Shown here piece by piece: positions 35,573 to 45,247 of a stretch of 64,000 nucleotides of DNA (its first letter is position 1; every line of letters begins with the position of its first letter). The stretch is from an uncultured Selenomonadales bacterium (GTDB taxonomy: Bacteria; Bacillota; Clostridia; Christensenellales; QALW01). A program made the translations under genes and the position numbers. The stretch is from the NCBI GenBank assembly GCA_905200615.1, contig CAJKLB010000001.1:4543-68542 (forward strand). The letters run 5' to 3'. Below the pieces are notes generated by a model that was not told the DNA's origin, made no database searches, and worked only from the letters and a program-made list of their open reading frames with translations.

Positions 35573-36125
35573 CGAAAGTACCGCCGCCGGGTTCTTCTTC
35601 GGAAAGTCCCATTTCACGGCAAAGCTCGCCCAAATCCGCTCCGGCGCCCTTGGCGATCTCCTGCTCTAAAGAACTCTCCCGCGCGTTGGGAAGCTGTGCG
35701 CTGCCTAACGCTTCCAGCCGATTATCGGCCCAAGAGCACAAGCCCGCAAACTGCTCATCGATTTTTTCAAGCATATCTTTGGCCTCTGCCCGCAGCTTAT
35801 TCAAGTTTGCCGCGGCAGACTGCATTCCCGTAACCCACTCGTCATGCAAACGCTGACACGCCATGTCGCTCTCATGCGCTCTTTGACGGTAATCCTCCTC
35901 GATCTCCTTCGCGTGCACGGTAGCCTCCAGCATCACCTTCGCGATCACGCTCTCTTTCTCCTCATAAGAAGCAATTTGCTGCTTGAACTGTGTACACCGT
36001 GTTTCCAGTTCCGTCAGCTGTGCCTGCAGACCCGCAATCTTTTCCTCGTAATTCTTTTTCATTTCCGCCACCAAAGCGTCTACTTCCTTGGCCCTGTATT
36101 TACCAAGCCTTGCTTTCAATTCCAT
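35556..36125 (-). CDS. DivIVA-domain-like coiled-coil protein
   Basis: GKYRAKEVDALVAEM resembles the DivIVA RGY..eEVD.FLd.v motif. It is followed by long heptad-like coiled-coil sequence and an acidic tail. Confidence 0.55.
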   Translation of the reverse strand: MELKARLGKYRAKEVDALVAEMKKNYEEKIAGLQAQLTELETRCTQFKQQIASYEEKESVIAKVMLEATVHAKEIEEDYRQRAHESDMACQRLHDEWVTGMQSAAANLNKLRAEAKDMLEKIDEQFAGLCSWADNRLEALGSAQLPNARESSLEQEIAKGAGADLGELCREMGLSEEEPGGGTFDDQKQ

Positions 36126-36128
36126 AAA

Positions 36129-37568
36129 TCAATTCCTTTCCGCGCCGGCTTCCTCAAGCAGCTGTTTTTTTAACTGATACAGCTTATCCGAAAGATCCAC
36201 CTTATAAACATGAGGCCGAGTAAGCCGTTTATATTCATCCCAAAAAGTATCCATTTGAGCAAAATAGTTCTTTTGTATTTCCTTCAGCGAGGGAGAATTA
36301 TACACCTTTTTTCCGTCTTTAAAGATCGGTACCAATAAGGGTTTTACGGTAAAATCGGTAATCGTCATCTTTTTCCAGGTATCCACGGGATCAAATATCG
36401 TCAAAGGTTTTTCGGTATCGATTTTTTCCTCATCCAGCGTAATTAAATCGGCAATGGCTTTTCCGTCGGCTTTCCCGTAAATCCGATATACCTGTTTATA
36501 ACCGGGATTAGTAACCTTTACGGCGTTTTCGCTCACCTTAATTTTAGGAATCATTTTCCCGTTTACGATCTCGGCGGCCAGCTTATACACTCCGCCTAAA
36601 GCCGGAAGATCATCGCTGGTAATCAGTTTCGTACCTACCCCGTAAACATCCAGTTTTGCTCCCTGCATCTTTAAATCCCATATTACGTTTTCATCCAAAT
36701 CACCCGAAGCAAAAATCTTTGCATTTTCAAAGCCGGCCTCATCCAGCATTTTTCTGGCACGCTTGCTCAAGTACGCTAAATCGCCCGAATCCAGCCGGAT
36801 CCCTGTGGGCTCATAGCCCTTGGCCCGAAGTTCTTTAAATACCGTAATCGCGTTAGGAACACCGCTTTTCAGCGTATTATAGGTATCCACCAGCAACAAG
36901 CAGCCGCTGGGATACATCTCCGCATAAGCCCGAAAAGCCGAAAGTTCATCCGGGAACGACATAACCCAGCTATGCGCGTGCGTACCGCCGATCGGCACAT
37001 CAAACATCTGCCCGGTCAGCACATTGCTGGTACCTGCGCAGCCGCCGATCATAGCGGCCCTTGCACCGTAAATACCCGCGTCCGGTCCTTGCGCGCGGCG
37101 CAGGCCGAATTCCAATACCGTGGCTCCCTCAGCGGCCGTTGTCACTTTACTGGCTTTGGTAGCAATCAATGTTTGATGGTTGATAATATTGAGCAACGCC
37201 GTCTCAATCAGCTGCGCCTCCATAATCGGCGCTTTTACACGGATCAGCGGCTCGCGCGGAAATACGGGAGTTCCCTCTTCAACCGCGTAAATTTCGCCGG
37301 AGAAACGGAAATCCTTTAGATACCGCATAAAATCCTCATCAAAAATTTTCAGCGAACGTAAATAATCCAGATCCTCCTGCGCAAAATGAAGATTTTCAAT
37401 ATACTCTATCGCCTGCTCCAATCCCGCCATAATGGCATAAACGCTGTTGTTCTGCAGGGGGCGAAAGAACAGATCAAACACGGCCACATTATCTTTCATG
37501 CCGTTTTTCAAATATCCGTTCATCATGGTAAGTTCATAAAGATCAGTCATCATCGTAAGATTTCTCAT
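36129..37568 (-). CDS. pncB: Nicotinate phosphoribosyltransferase
   Basis: MMTDLYELTMMNGY at the N-terminus, GTHAHSWVMSF, and a length of 479 aa. Confidence 0.9.
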   Translation of the reverse strand: MRNLTMMTDLYELTMMNGYLKNGMKDNVAVFDLFFRPLQNNSVYAIMAGLEQAIEYIENLHFAQEDLDYLRSLKIFDEDFMRYLKDFRFSGEIYAVEEGTPVFPREPLIRVKAPIMEAQLIETALLNIINHQTLIATKASKVTTAAEGATVLEFGLRRAQGPDAGIYGARAAMIGGCAGTSNVLTGQMFDVPIGGTHAHSWVMSFPDELSAFRAYAEMYPSGCLLLVDTYNTLKSGVPNAITVFKELRAKGYEPTGIRLDSGDLAYLSKRARKMLDEAGFENAKIFASGDLDENVIWDLKMQGAKLDVYGVGTKLITSDDLPALGGVYKLAAEIVNGKMIPKIKVSENAVKVTNPGYKQVYRIYGKADGKAIADLITLDEEKIDTEKPLTIFDPVDTWKKMTITDFTVKPLLVPIFKDGKKVYNSPSLKEIQKNYFAQMDTFWDEYKRLTRPHVYKVDLSDKLYQLKKQLLEEAGAERN

Positions 37569-37569
37569 A

Positions 37570-38496
37570 TTATTTCTCCTTTTCTTCCGGCGCAGTCTCT
37601 TGTTCCGGTTCCACTGCCTGCGGCTCTGTAGAAGAGCCGTCCTCTTTTTTCTCTTTTTCCATGGTTGGCATTGGGGTTGTATAATTTTTAATACGCAAGG
37701 TTACCAACACCGCAATCGCGATCACACACAGCGCAATACTCAGTATCGCAGAAACGGGGACGAAACCAATCGTCAACTGATCGGTTCTAAGCCATTCAAC
37801 AATCCCCCGTTCAAAGCCGTAAAGCGCAAAATACAGCAGGGTCAGCTGCCCGTGATATTTTTGCCTGTAGAAAAACCACACAAGAAAAATGCAGATTCCC
37901 AAACACCAAACCGATTCATAAAAGAACGTAGCCTGATACCAGCCCGCGGGATCAATGCCCTTGGGATCATCCAAATAAACGGCATAGGGAAAAAACTGCA
38001 GCGAAGGATTTTCCACCAGCGCGCCATGCGCTTCCTGATTAAAGAAATTCCCCCACCGGCCGATTGCCTGACCTAAAGCCAGCGGCGCGGCGCATAGGTC
38101 GATTAACTGGAAAAAATGATATTTTTCCTTTGAAAATTTACAGTATAGCGCCAGGGCCGCAACGCCCCCGATAATACCGCCGTATATCGCAAGTCCGCCG
38201 CTGCGAATATCCACAATATTTTTCAGCGTGGCCACTATATCCCCGGAAACGAAATAACGATTCCACTCAAAAATCACATAATAGCCCCGGGCGCCGATCA
38301 CGGCGCCGATCAGAACGGCAATCAGCATATCAATGGCCAAATCGGATTTATATCCCCGCCGTTTACATTGATAGGAAGCTAACAGAAACGCCAATAAGAA
38401 CCCCGTAGCAATGCAAACGCCGTACCAATAAAGATCAAACCCGTCAATACCGAAAAAATTCTCAATCATTACCCCGGTCTTTGAAAGAAAACTCAT
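37570..38496 (-). CDS. lgt: Prolipoprotein diacylglyceryl transferase with an acidic C-terminal tail
   Basis: GLAIYGGIIGG and GQAIGRWGNFFNQEAHG motifs. Confidence 0.9.
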   Translation of the reverse strand: MSFLSKTGVMIENFFGIDGFDLYWYGVCIATGFLLAFLLASYQCKRRGYKSDLAIDMLIAVLIGAVIGARGYYVIFEWNRYFVSGDIVATLKNIVDIRSGGLAIYGGIIGGVAALALYCKFSKEKYHFFQLIDLCAAPLALGQAIGRWGNFFNQEAHGALVENPSLQFFPYAVYLDDPKGIDPAGWYQATFFYESVWCLGICIFLVWFFYRQKYHGQLTLLYFALYGFERGIVEWLRTDQLTIGFVPVSAILSIALCVIAIAVLVTLRIKNYTTPMPTMEKEKKEDGSSTEPQAVEPEQETAPEEKEK

Positions 38497-39377
38497 TCTT
38501 TTCCCTCCTGCTTTATCACTGTTTTTTCATTCGTGGTACTGCACACGCAGTGCCACATGCCGTCAAACTCCTTTTCCGCCGTCCGCGCCGCCGCCGGAGT
38601 TTCGAACACGCCGAACACCGCGCTTCCGCTTCCGGTCATGGCAGAGAACTTCGCGCCGGTCTTTTTCATTCTTTGTATCAAGTCATTGACCGCGCCGGTC
38701 AGCGCCTGTGCCGCCGGCTGCAATACATTACCGCCAAAGCGGGAAAATTCTTCCGTATTTCCGCTGACAAGCGCGTGCACAAAGTTTTCATTCTCCGGAC
38801 GTTGATCGCTGCCTAAAACATCGTACTTTTGATATACCAGCGCCGTAGATGCCGGCAATTCCCGACGCATAACGCAAAGCAGCGTTTTTTCGGGAATTTC
38901 TTGCAGGGGAATCCGCTTTTCTCCGATTCCCTGAACGCGGGCGGCCCCGCCCTTAAGCATAAACGGCACATCCGCGCCTACCCTCAATGCTAATTTTTCT
39001 ATCTGCTCTTCCTGCAAAAGGCCGCCGAATAAATGATTCAAGCCGAGCAATACCGCCGCCGCGTCGGCACTGCCGCCGCCCATGCCCGCTCCGCAGGGAA
39101 TTCTTTTTTCTATATCAATTACACAGCCCGCCGCCGCGCCCGTTTCCTTCAAAAACAGCTCCGCGGCGCGGTATGCCGTATTTTTTTGATTGACGGGAAT
39201 CGTCGGGTCACTGCAGAAAACCTCAATTCCCGCGTCCGTTTTTTTTAAGCGAACCGTATCAAAAAGTGTGATCCGCTGCATAACGGTATCCAAAAGATGA
39301 TACCCCCGTTCATCGGTTCCGGTAATATCCAGCGTCCAGTTGATTTTGGCCGCGGCCTCTACTGTCAGCGCATGCAT
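38493..39377 (-). CDS. ispE: 4-(cytidine 5'-diphospho)-2-C-methyl-D-erythritol kinase
   Basis: AKINWTLDITG...GYHLLDTVMQ and the GHMP kinase motif GAGMGGGSADAAA. I prefer ATG 39377 over the TTG at 39392. Confidence 0.85.
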   Translation of the reverse strand: MHALTVEAAAKINWTLDITGTDERGYHLLDTVMQRITLFDTVRLKKTDAGIEVFCSDPTIPVNQKNTAYRAAELFLKETGAAAGCVIDIEKRIPCGAGMGGGSADAAAVLLGLNHLFGGLLQEEQIEKLALRVGADVPFMLKGGAARVQGIGEKRIPLQEIPEKTLLCVMRRELPASTALVYQKYDVLGSDQRPENENFVHALVSGNTEEFSRFGGNVLQPAAQALTGAVNDLIQRMKKTGAKFSAMTGSGSAVFGVFETPAAARTAEKEFDGMWHCVCSTTNEKTVIKQEGKE

Positions 39378-39537
39378 ACAGTACCCCCGCAAAAAGCAAA
39401 TCTTTTGCTATAGTATAATACTTTTGACGCCAAAAGGCAAATGCCATAAAAAAAATCAACTGTTTTTTTATATTCTATAATGATTTTTTCACAATAATGT
39501 GATATGATAATAAAAAAGAAAAGGATGAATTGATGTT

Positions 39538-40272
39538 ATGTTGGCAATCATAACAGGTGCCAGCAGTGGTTTGGGACGGGAATTTGCCCGACAGCTTGAC
39601 GCCATGGGCTATGATACCGTACTCTGCGCGCGGCGTGAAGATCGGCTGAATGCCTTAAAGGCGGAAATGAAAAATAACTGCCGTATCTTTTGTGCCGATC
39701 TTTCAAAGCCTGAAAACTGCACCGCACTGTTTGAGACTTTTCCCAACGCTGATTTTTTGGTAAATAACGCCGGTTTGGGTAAATTCGGCGGCATCGGGGA
39801 TACCTGCTTAGATGACGACTTAACCGTGCTTGACGTAAATGTATCGGCGCTGTTTATCCTCACTAAGTTATATTTCAGGGCCTTTGTATCCCAGGGACAC
39901 GGACGGATTTTAAATGTTGCTTCCGCCGCGGCCTTTATGCCCGGCCCGTATTTCGCGCTGTATTACGCAAGCAAAGCGTTCGTGCTGCGGCTGTCTCAAT
40001 CGGTTGCCCGGGAAGCCAAAGGTACAGGCGTATCGGTTTCCGCTTTCTGTCCCGGCTCGGTCGATACCGAATTCAATACCGTTGCGGGAACTTCTTCCTC
40101 TTCAAAGCCCATCAGCGCCGAGCAGGCTGTACAGTACGCGCTGAAAAAAGCCGAAAAAGGAAAAACCCTGATTGTTCCCACCTTTAAAATCCGTGCGGCA
40201 AGAATTTTAGCCAAAATACTTCCCGAGAATATCCTTGCCGAATTTTCATATATTATCCAAAGGAGAAGATGA
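39538..40272 (+). CDS. SDR-family oxidoreductase
   Basis: TGASSGLG cofactor motif and YYASK catalytic motif. Confidence 0.8.
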   Translation: MLAIITGASSGLGREFARQLDAMGYDTVLCARREDRLNALKAEMKNNCRIFCADLSKPENCTALFETFPNADFLVNNAGLGKFGGIGDTCLDDDLTVLDVNVSALFILTKLYFRAFVSQGHGRILNVASAAAFMPGPYFALYYASKAFVLRLSQSVAREAKGTGVSVSAFCPGSVDTEFNTVAGTSSSSKPISAEQAVQYALKKAEKGKTLIVPTFKIRAARILAKILPENILAEFSYIIQRRR

Positions 40273-40275
40273 ATT

Positions 40276-40986
40276 ATGCCTTATTTTTATTTTTCAAGTG
40301 GTTATGCCCTGCAATGGCTGCTGATTATCGCGGCTCTGATAGTAGGCTCCATCGCCAGTATCGGCGTTCGTTCCGCCTACAGCAAATATTCTAAAATTGC
40401 CGCCGCATCCGGTAAAACAGGCGCACAGGTGGCCAAAGAGATCCTGGAAGCAAACGGTATCTATGATATTCGCATTGAGCCTTCGCCGGGCGCGCAGCTT
40501 TCGGATCACTTTGATCCCAAAGCCAAGGTAATACGCCTTTCCAAAGGAATTTATGACGGCACAAGCGTTGCCGCGCTGGGCGTTGCGGCCCATGAGGTAG
40601 GTCATGCTATTCAATACGATACCGACTATTTGCCCATAAAATTGCGCAACGCCATTCTGCCGGTTGCCAATTTAGGATCCATGCTGGCCTTTCCCGTGGT
40701 GATTTTGGGAATTATCATCGGCGGCGCCGCGAGCGAACTGATTATCAATATCGGTATCGCGCTGTTTCTTGCCGTACTGGCTTTTCAGCTGATCACCCTT
40801 CCGGTAGAGCTGAACGCTTCCTCCCGTGCTCTTACCTGTTTGGAGTCCGGCGGATATGTCAGCCAAAATGAAAAGGCCGGTTCACGCGCCGTACTGCGCG
40901 CGGCGGCTATGACCTATGTAGCGGGCGTCATCGCCACGCTGTTTACGCTCCTTCGGCTGCTGCTGATTGCCCGCAGCCGGGATTAA
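40276..40986 (+). CDS. YugP-family membrane zinc metallopeptidase
   Basis: HEVGH motif (AAHEVGHAIQ) and flanking TM segments. AAGGAG RBS. Confidence 0.75.
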   Translation: MPYFYFSSGYALQWLLIIAALIVGSIASIGVRSAYSKYSKIAAASGKTGAQVAKEILEANGIYDIRIEPSPGAQLSDHFDPKAKVIRLSKGIYDGTSVAALGVAAHEVGHAIQYDTDYLPIKLRNAILPVANLGSMLAFPVVILGIIIGGAASELIINIGIALFLAVLAFQLITLPVELNASSRALTCLESGGYVSQNEKAGSRAVLRAAAMTYVAGVIATLFTLLRLLLIARSRD

Positions 40987-41086
40987 TCTTATTTCTTAAA
41001 AGCAGTAAAAAAGCGCCGCAAGTGTGTTTTCTGCAAAAAAAAGAGAGGATAAAGATTTTAAGAAGAACTTTTGTCGTGTCCTAATA

Positions 41087-41119
41087 AAGAGGGGCTGTCG
41101 TAACCAGCCCCTCTTTTTA
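41087..41119. terminator. Bidirectional terminator between convergent genes
   Basis: AAAGAGGGGCTG-TCGTAAC-CAGCCCCTCTTT followed by TT. Confidence 0.75.
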
Positions 41120-41125
41120 TAAGTT

Positions 41126-41881
41126 TTATGTCAGATAAATTTTTCTAAATTGTCTCAAGCTTTCTTCGCTGCCTAATGTAGGCCGATATTCTAAGCCGCA
41201 TGCGCCCTTATACCCGGCCTCATCCACTTTGCGGAAAATCACTTTATAATCGCTTTCGCCCATCTGTAATTCAATACGTCCCGGGTGTCCCGCGCTGTGT
41301 AAATGCGCGATGCAATCCAGATGATTGGTTATATTGGGGATGATATTTCCTTCCATGACTTGTTGATGATAAATATCATATACCACCTTAACCAGCGGAT
41401 GATCCACTTCATGAATGATATCAAACGCTTCCGTTGCCTGCCACAGATAGTAGCCCGGATGGTTGACAAGAGTGTTTAGCGGCTCTATCATAACCGTAAC
41501 GCCGCTTGCTTCTAAAATGGGTTTGGCCTCTTTCAAAGCCGCTACAATGCTGTCGTGCTGCTTTTCCCGCGCTTGGCCCGTATCTTGACCCACTTGCGTA
41601 ATCAAATGTTTTACGCCCGCCGTTTTTGCCGCTTCACAGCTTTCCTTTAATCCATCCAGCCATTTCCGCCGCATTTCCGGATTTGTCATATTAAATTCCG
41701 TAGTGCACATACTCAAAAGTTCCACACCCGTTTCCTCGCAGGCATTGCGCACCGCCGGCAGATCCAGACTTCTCCAATCATAAGTTTCCGCCGCGTCAAA
41801 CCCGAACTCTTTCACCTTGTAAATGGCGTCAACAAAATTCATGTTTCCGAAGAAACAAGGAATGGGAATACAGATTCTCAT
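41126..41881 (-). CDS. Hydroxypyruvate-isomerase-like sugar phosphate isomerase/epimerase (xylose-isomerase-like TIM barrel)
   Basis: MIEPLN, DIYHQQVMEGN, HLHSAGHPGR.E and GLEYRP resemble Hyi-family motifs. Confidence 0.65.
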   Translation of the reverse strand: MRICIPIPCFFGNMNFVDAIYKVKEFGFDAAETYDWRSLDLPAVRNACEETGVELLSMCTTEFNMTNPEMRRKWLDGLKESCEAAKTAGVKHLITQVGQDTGQAREKQHDSIVAALKEAKPILEASGVTVMIEPLNTLVNHPGYYLWQATEAFDIIHEVDHPLVKVVYDIYHQQVMEGNIIPNITNHLDCIAHLHSAGHPGRIELQMGESDYKVIFRKVDEAGYKGACGLEYRPTLGSEESLRQFRKIYLT

Positions 41882-42891
41882 TTTTCTTCCTCCTCAAAGT
41901 ATACGGTTTCGCCGGTCTCCATGGAACGGTTGGCCGCAAAGGCCAGTTTAAGCGATTTTAATCCGTCTTGATAGGGAGAGCGTACCAAACTGCCGTCGCC
42001 TGTTTTTATGGCGTCAATAAACGCACGGTCCAAATCATAGGTCTGATCATTGCAGCGCTTTATATCTACGGTTCTGTCTTTGGTTGTGATAATTAAATTA
42101 TTGCGCAGACGATAATCCATTACAATATCATTGAGTATCAGCACCAAACCGCAATTGGGGCGTACACCTTGAGAATAGCACGCGCTTTCAAGACACGCGG
42201 TTACATTGTTTTTGAATCGAATCAAACAAATAGAGTAATCATCCGTATCATATTCAGGGCTTGCGTCCACTCCCGGACGAATCATACCGGACTGGCTCAT
42301 CGCGTAAACAGACAAAGGCTCGCCGAACAACCATCGCAGGCCGTCCACCAAGTGAATATTCTGCTCTACCAGCTGGCCGCCGCAGGTAGATTTCTTCTGC
42401 CACCACCAAACGCCGGGGATACCGCCGATCCAGGCGCCGTTCACAATACCGCCCTGCTTATGCTTAGGTAACTCTTCCTTGACCATTTCCATTAAGTCCA
42501 GATACCGATCCTGAAACCCTACCGCGGTAATCAGCTTTTTTTCCTCAATCATTGCCGAAATTTTTTCCGCCTGCTCCAAATCCAGCGTCATAGGTTTTTC
42601 AACCAGGAACGGAATTCCCATTTCAATCGCTCTTGTTTCGGTATCGGTGTGCGCGGTAGGCTCAACGGCAATAAAAATCGCATCCAATGAATCTTTACTT
42701 TCATTATCATATAATTCGGTGTGATTTTTATACTGTCTTTTTGCGCCTGTTCTCAGCGCAGCGGCAACCCGCCTTTCCTCCACCGGATCCGCTACCGCCG
42801 CTATCTCTACATCCTCCATCTTCAGCAGCTCATCAATATGATTGCCTTGTCTTCCCCCACAGCCGATCAATCCAATACGAAATTTTTTCAT
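41878..42891 (-). CDS. Gfo/Idh/MocA-family NAD(P)-dependent oxidoreductase
   Basis: I place the start at ATG 42891. Rossmann motif FRIGLIGCGGRQGNH and the EKP motif (LVEKPM). ATGA overlap with the downstream gene. Confidence 0.8.
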   Translation of the reverse strand: MKKFRIGLIGCGGRQGNHIDELLKMEDVEIAAVADPVEERRVAAALRTGAKRQYKNHTELYDNESKDSLDAIFIAVEPTAHTDTETRAIEMGIPFLVEKPMTLDLEQAEKISAMIEEKKLITAVGFQDRYLDLMEMVKEELPKHKQGGIVNGAWIGGIPGVWWWQKKSTCGGQLVEQNIHLVDGLRWLFGEPLSVYAMSQSGMIRPGVDASPEYDTDDYSICLIRFKNNVTACLESACYSQGVRPNCGLVLILNDIVMDYRLRNNLIITTKDRTVDIKRCNDQTYDLDRAFIDAIKTGDGSLVRSPYQDGLKSLKLAFAANRSMETGETVYFEEEEK

Positions 42892-43005
42892 ATCCAATCC
42901 CCTCATTTTTTATTGACTTATCAGTCTTATTTTTTTATAATTATATTGCACCCAATAAGCGAATGTCAATGATAAATAATTGCAAAAAATATAAGGATGT
43001 TGCAT

Positions 43006-43779
43006 ATGTTTGTTGAAATTAACAAAGCACTTTCTCCGCATTTGCCTTTGGTTCCCGTAACCATCGGTGAATCGAAAAAACAAGGACGGCTGGATCGCGC
43101 CTCCGGATTCGAACTGCACCAATTTATATGGGTTACATCCGGAGAAGGCCTTTTTTCAGCCGGGGGAAATACAAAAATTTTAACCAAAGGGCAAGGTTTT
43201 TTCTCCCGAAAAAATGTTCCGCATCTTTACCAATCTACCGGCGGAAAATTTTCCACCATGTGGGTCACTTTTTTAAACGGTGAAAATTTATTGGATTATT
43301 ACGCGATCGGCGATTATTTTTTCTTCCGCGCACCGGATTTTTTAAACAATTCCACCCTTCAGCTTATGGATCTTTGCAAAAATTCATTTTCAGGCGCTAT
43401 TCGTTCCGCGCACGCTTTTGTCTGGGCGGTAGAGCTGTTAGACGCGCTTTTTAAAAAACCTGTTTCGCAAGCGGAACAAATCGCGCAGTTTTTAGAATAC
43501 AATTTTGACAAGCCCCTTACACTGCAGGAAATCGCGGATTATATGGGAATGGATAAATTTCAGCTTTGCCGCCGCTATGTGAAAGAGACCGGAAAGACCG
43601 TTATGCAATCTTTAAAACGGCTGCGCATTCAAAAAGCAAAAAATCTGCTTCGCTACAGCGCATACTCTGTGGAACAGATAGGAATGATGTGCGGTTTTGA
43701 AAGCGCCAGTTATTTTATCAAAACATTTCGGGAGGAAACCGGCGGCACACCGCGGCAATACCGACAAACGAAAAGATAA
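43006..43779 (+). CDS. AraC-family transcriptional regulator (cupin plus HTH)
   Basis: C-terminal double HTH LTLQEIADYMGMDKFQLCRRYVKETG...YSVEQIGMMCGFESASYFIKTFREETGGTPRQYR. It is divergent from the oxidoreductase/isomerase pair. Confidence 0.85.
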   Translation: MFVEINKALSPHLPLVPVTIGESKKQGRLDRASGFELHQFIWVTSGEGLFSAGGNTKILTKGQGFFSRKNVPHLYQSTGGKFSTMWVTFLNGENLLDYYAIGDYFFFRAPDFLNNSTLQLMDLCKNSFSGAIRSAHAFVWAVELLDALFKKPVSQAEQIAQFLEYNFDKPLTLQEIADYMGMDKFQLCRRYVKETGKTVMQSLKRLRIQKAKNLLRYSAYSVEQIGMMCGFESASYFIKTFREETGGTPRQYRQTKR

Positions 43780-44130
43780 AATTTTTAACGCGGTTTACTG
43801 AAAAATCAGGTTTTTATGCGATATTGAAAATTTTTAACAAAGACAATGAAATTCAAAAAAGCCGACAGACTGAAAATTTATAAAAAAGAATCGTAAAGAA
43901 TGAGAAAAGCGCAAAAGATTTGATATAATGCTTGCCGATTCTGACGGAAGCGACAGTGCGTTTTCAAATACCATAAAAGCCGGCGGATCCACGATTCTTA
44001 TGGGCATTAGAAACGGTTTAGACTTGCAGAAGATTAAATTTTACAGAAAACCGCCTATCGGAACGTATATTGAAAAGAGAATCCCTTACTGCCGCAAAAC
44101 AAGCTGTCTTTTCATGCGTTGATTTACAGA

Positions 44131-44172
44131 TAAAAAATCCCGCCGGCTCTTCTTTTGCGGGCCGGCGGGATT
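44131..44172 (-). terminator. Terminator of the thrC-trpS transcript
   Basis: 12-bp stem AATCCCGCCGGC / GCCGGCGGGATT, with a T-run on the minus strand. Confidence 0.8.
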
Positions 44173-44239
44173 GTCTTTCTAACGCCTTGGTATATTACGC
44201 TATCGATCCGAAAACGGCAGATCCGTTATTTTTCAGGGA

Positions 44240-45247
44240 TTATAATTTTTTGGGAGCTAAACCCATCTTGCGCTGTACCTTAGCCAATGTTTTATTGGCC
44301 GTATAGGAGGCCTGACGGGCGCCCTCGGTATAGCATTTTTCAATATACGCCTTATCCGCCATAATCCGCTTAAAATTCTCCTGAATCGGCCGTAAAGTTT
44401 CTACCACAACTTCGCCTACGGCTTTTTTAAAATCACCGTAACCTTTCCCGGCAAATGCTTGTTCAATAGCGGTAATCTCCTGTCCGGTGCAGGCCGCGTA
44501 AATTTCAATCAAATTCGTCACACCGGGCTTGTTTGCCGCGTCATGAATAATGGTACTGTCGGAATCCGTTACCGCGCGGGCAAATTTTTTCATTACGACA
44601 TCCGGTTCATCCAGAATGGAAACGAAAGCATTCGGATTTTCTGCGCTTTTGCTCATTTTACTGGTAGGATCGGTCAGGCTCATAATACGGGCACCGTTTT
44701 TGGGAATATATCCCTCCGGTACGGTAAACGTGTCACTGTAAGCGCTATTGAAACGAACGGCAAGATCTCTGGCCAGTTCCAAATGCTGTTTTTGATCCTC
44801 GCCCACCGGTACCAAATCGGCATTATATAAAAGAATATCCGCCGCCATCAGTACCGGATAGCACAACAGGCCAAGCCCTACATTCGCGCCCGCTTTTTTG
44901 CTTTTTTCCTTAAACTGTGTCATCCGGCTCATTTCACCCATATAGGAATTACAAGTCAGCAGCCAGGAGAGCTCACTGTGCGCCGGTACGTGAGACTGAA
45001 AAAACATTACATTTTTTTCCGGGTCAAGGCCGCAGGCGATATATTCGGCATACAGCTCAATACAGCGTCTTCTCAATTCCGCGGGTTCCTGCCGTACGGT
45101 AATGGCGTGAAGATCCACCACACAGTAATAACAATGATATTCGTCCTGCAGCTGCTTCCAGGAACGCAGCGCGCCTAAATAATTGCCGATGGTCACACAG
45201 CCCGAAGGCTGTATACCCGAAAAAATTACTTTTTTATCGTCCGTCAT
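44240..45247 (-). CDS. trpS: Tryptophan--tRNA ligase
   Basis: FSGIQPSG..TIGNYLGA and KMSKS motifs, 335 aa. ATGA overlap with thrC. Confidence 0.95.
   Translation of the reverse strand: MTDDKKVIFSGIQPSGCVTIGNYLGALRSWKQLQDEYHCYYCVVDLHAITVRQEPAELRRRCIELYAEYIACGLDPEKNVMFFQSHVPAHSELSWLLTCNSYMGEMSRMTQFKEKSKKAGANVGLGLLCYPVLMAADILLYNADLVPVGEDQKQHLELARDLAVRFNSAYSDTFTVPEGYIPKNGARIMSLTDPTSKMSKSAENPNAFVSILDEPDVVMKKFARAVTDSDSTIIHDAANKPGVTNLIEIYAACTGQEITAIEQAFAGKGYGDFKKAVGEVVVETLRPIQENFKRIMADKAYIEKCYTEGARQASYTANKTLAKVQRKMGLAPKKL

Noticed and set aside
43928-44122. 64-aa ORF in the araC / trpS spacer
   Set aside because: The ATG sits inside the -10-like box with no RBS, and the sequence has no recognisable features.
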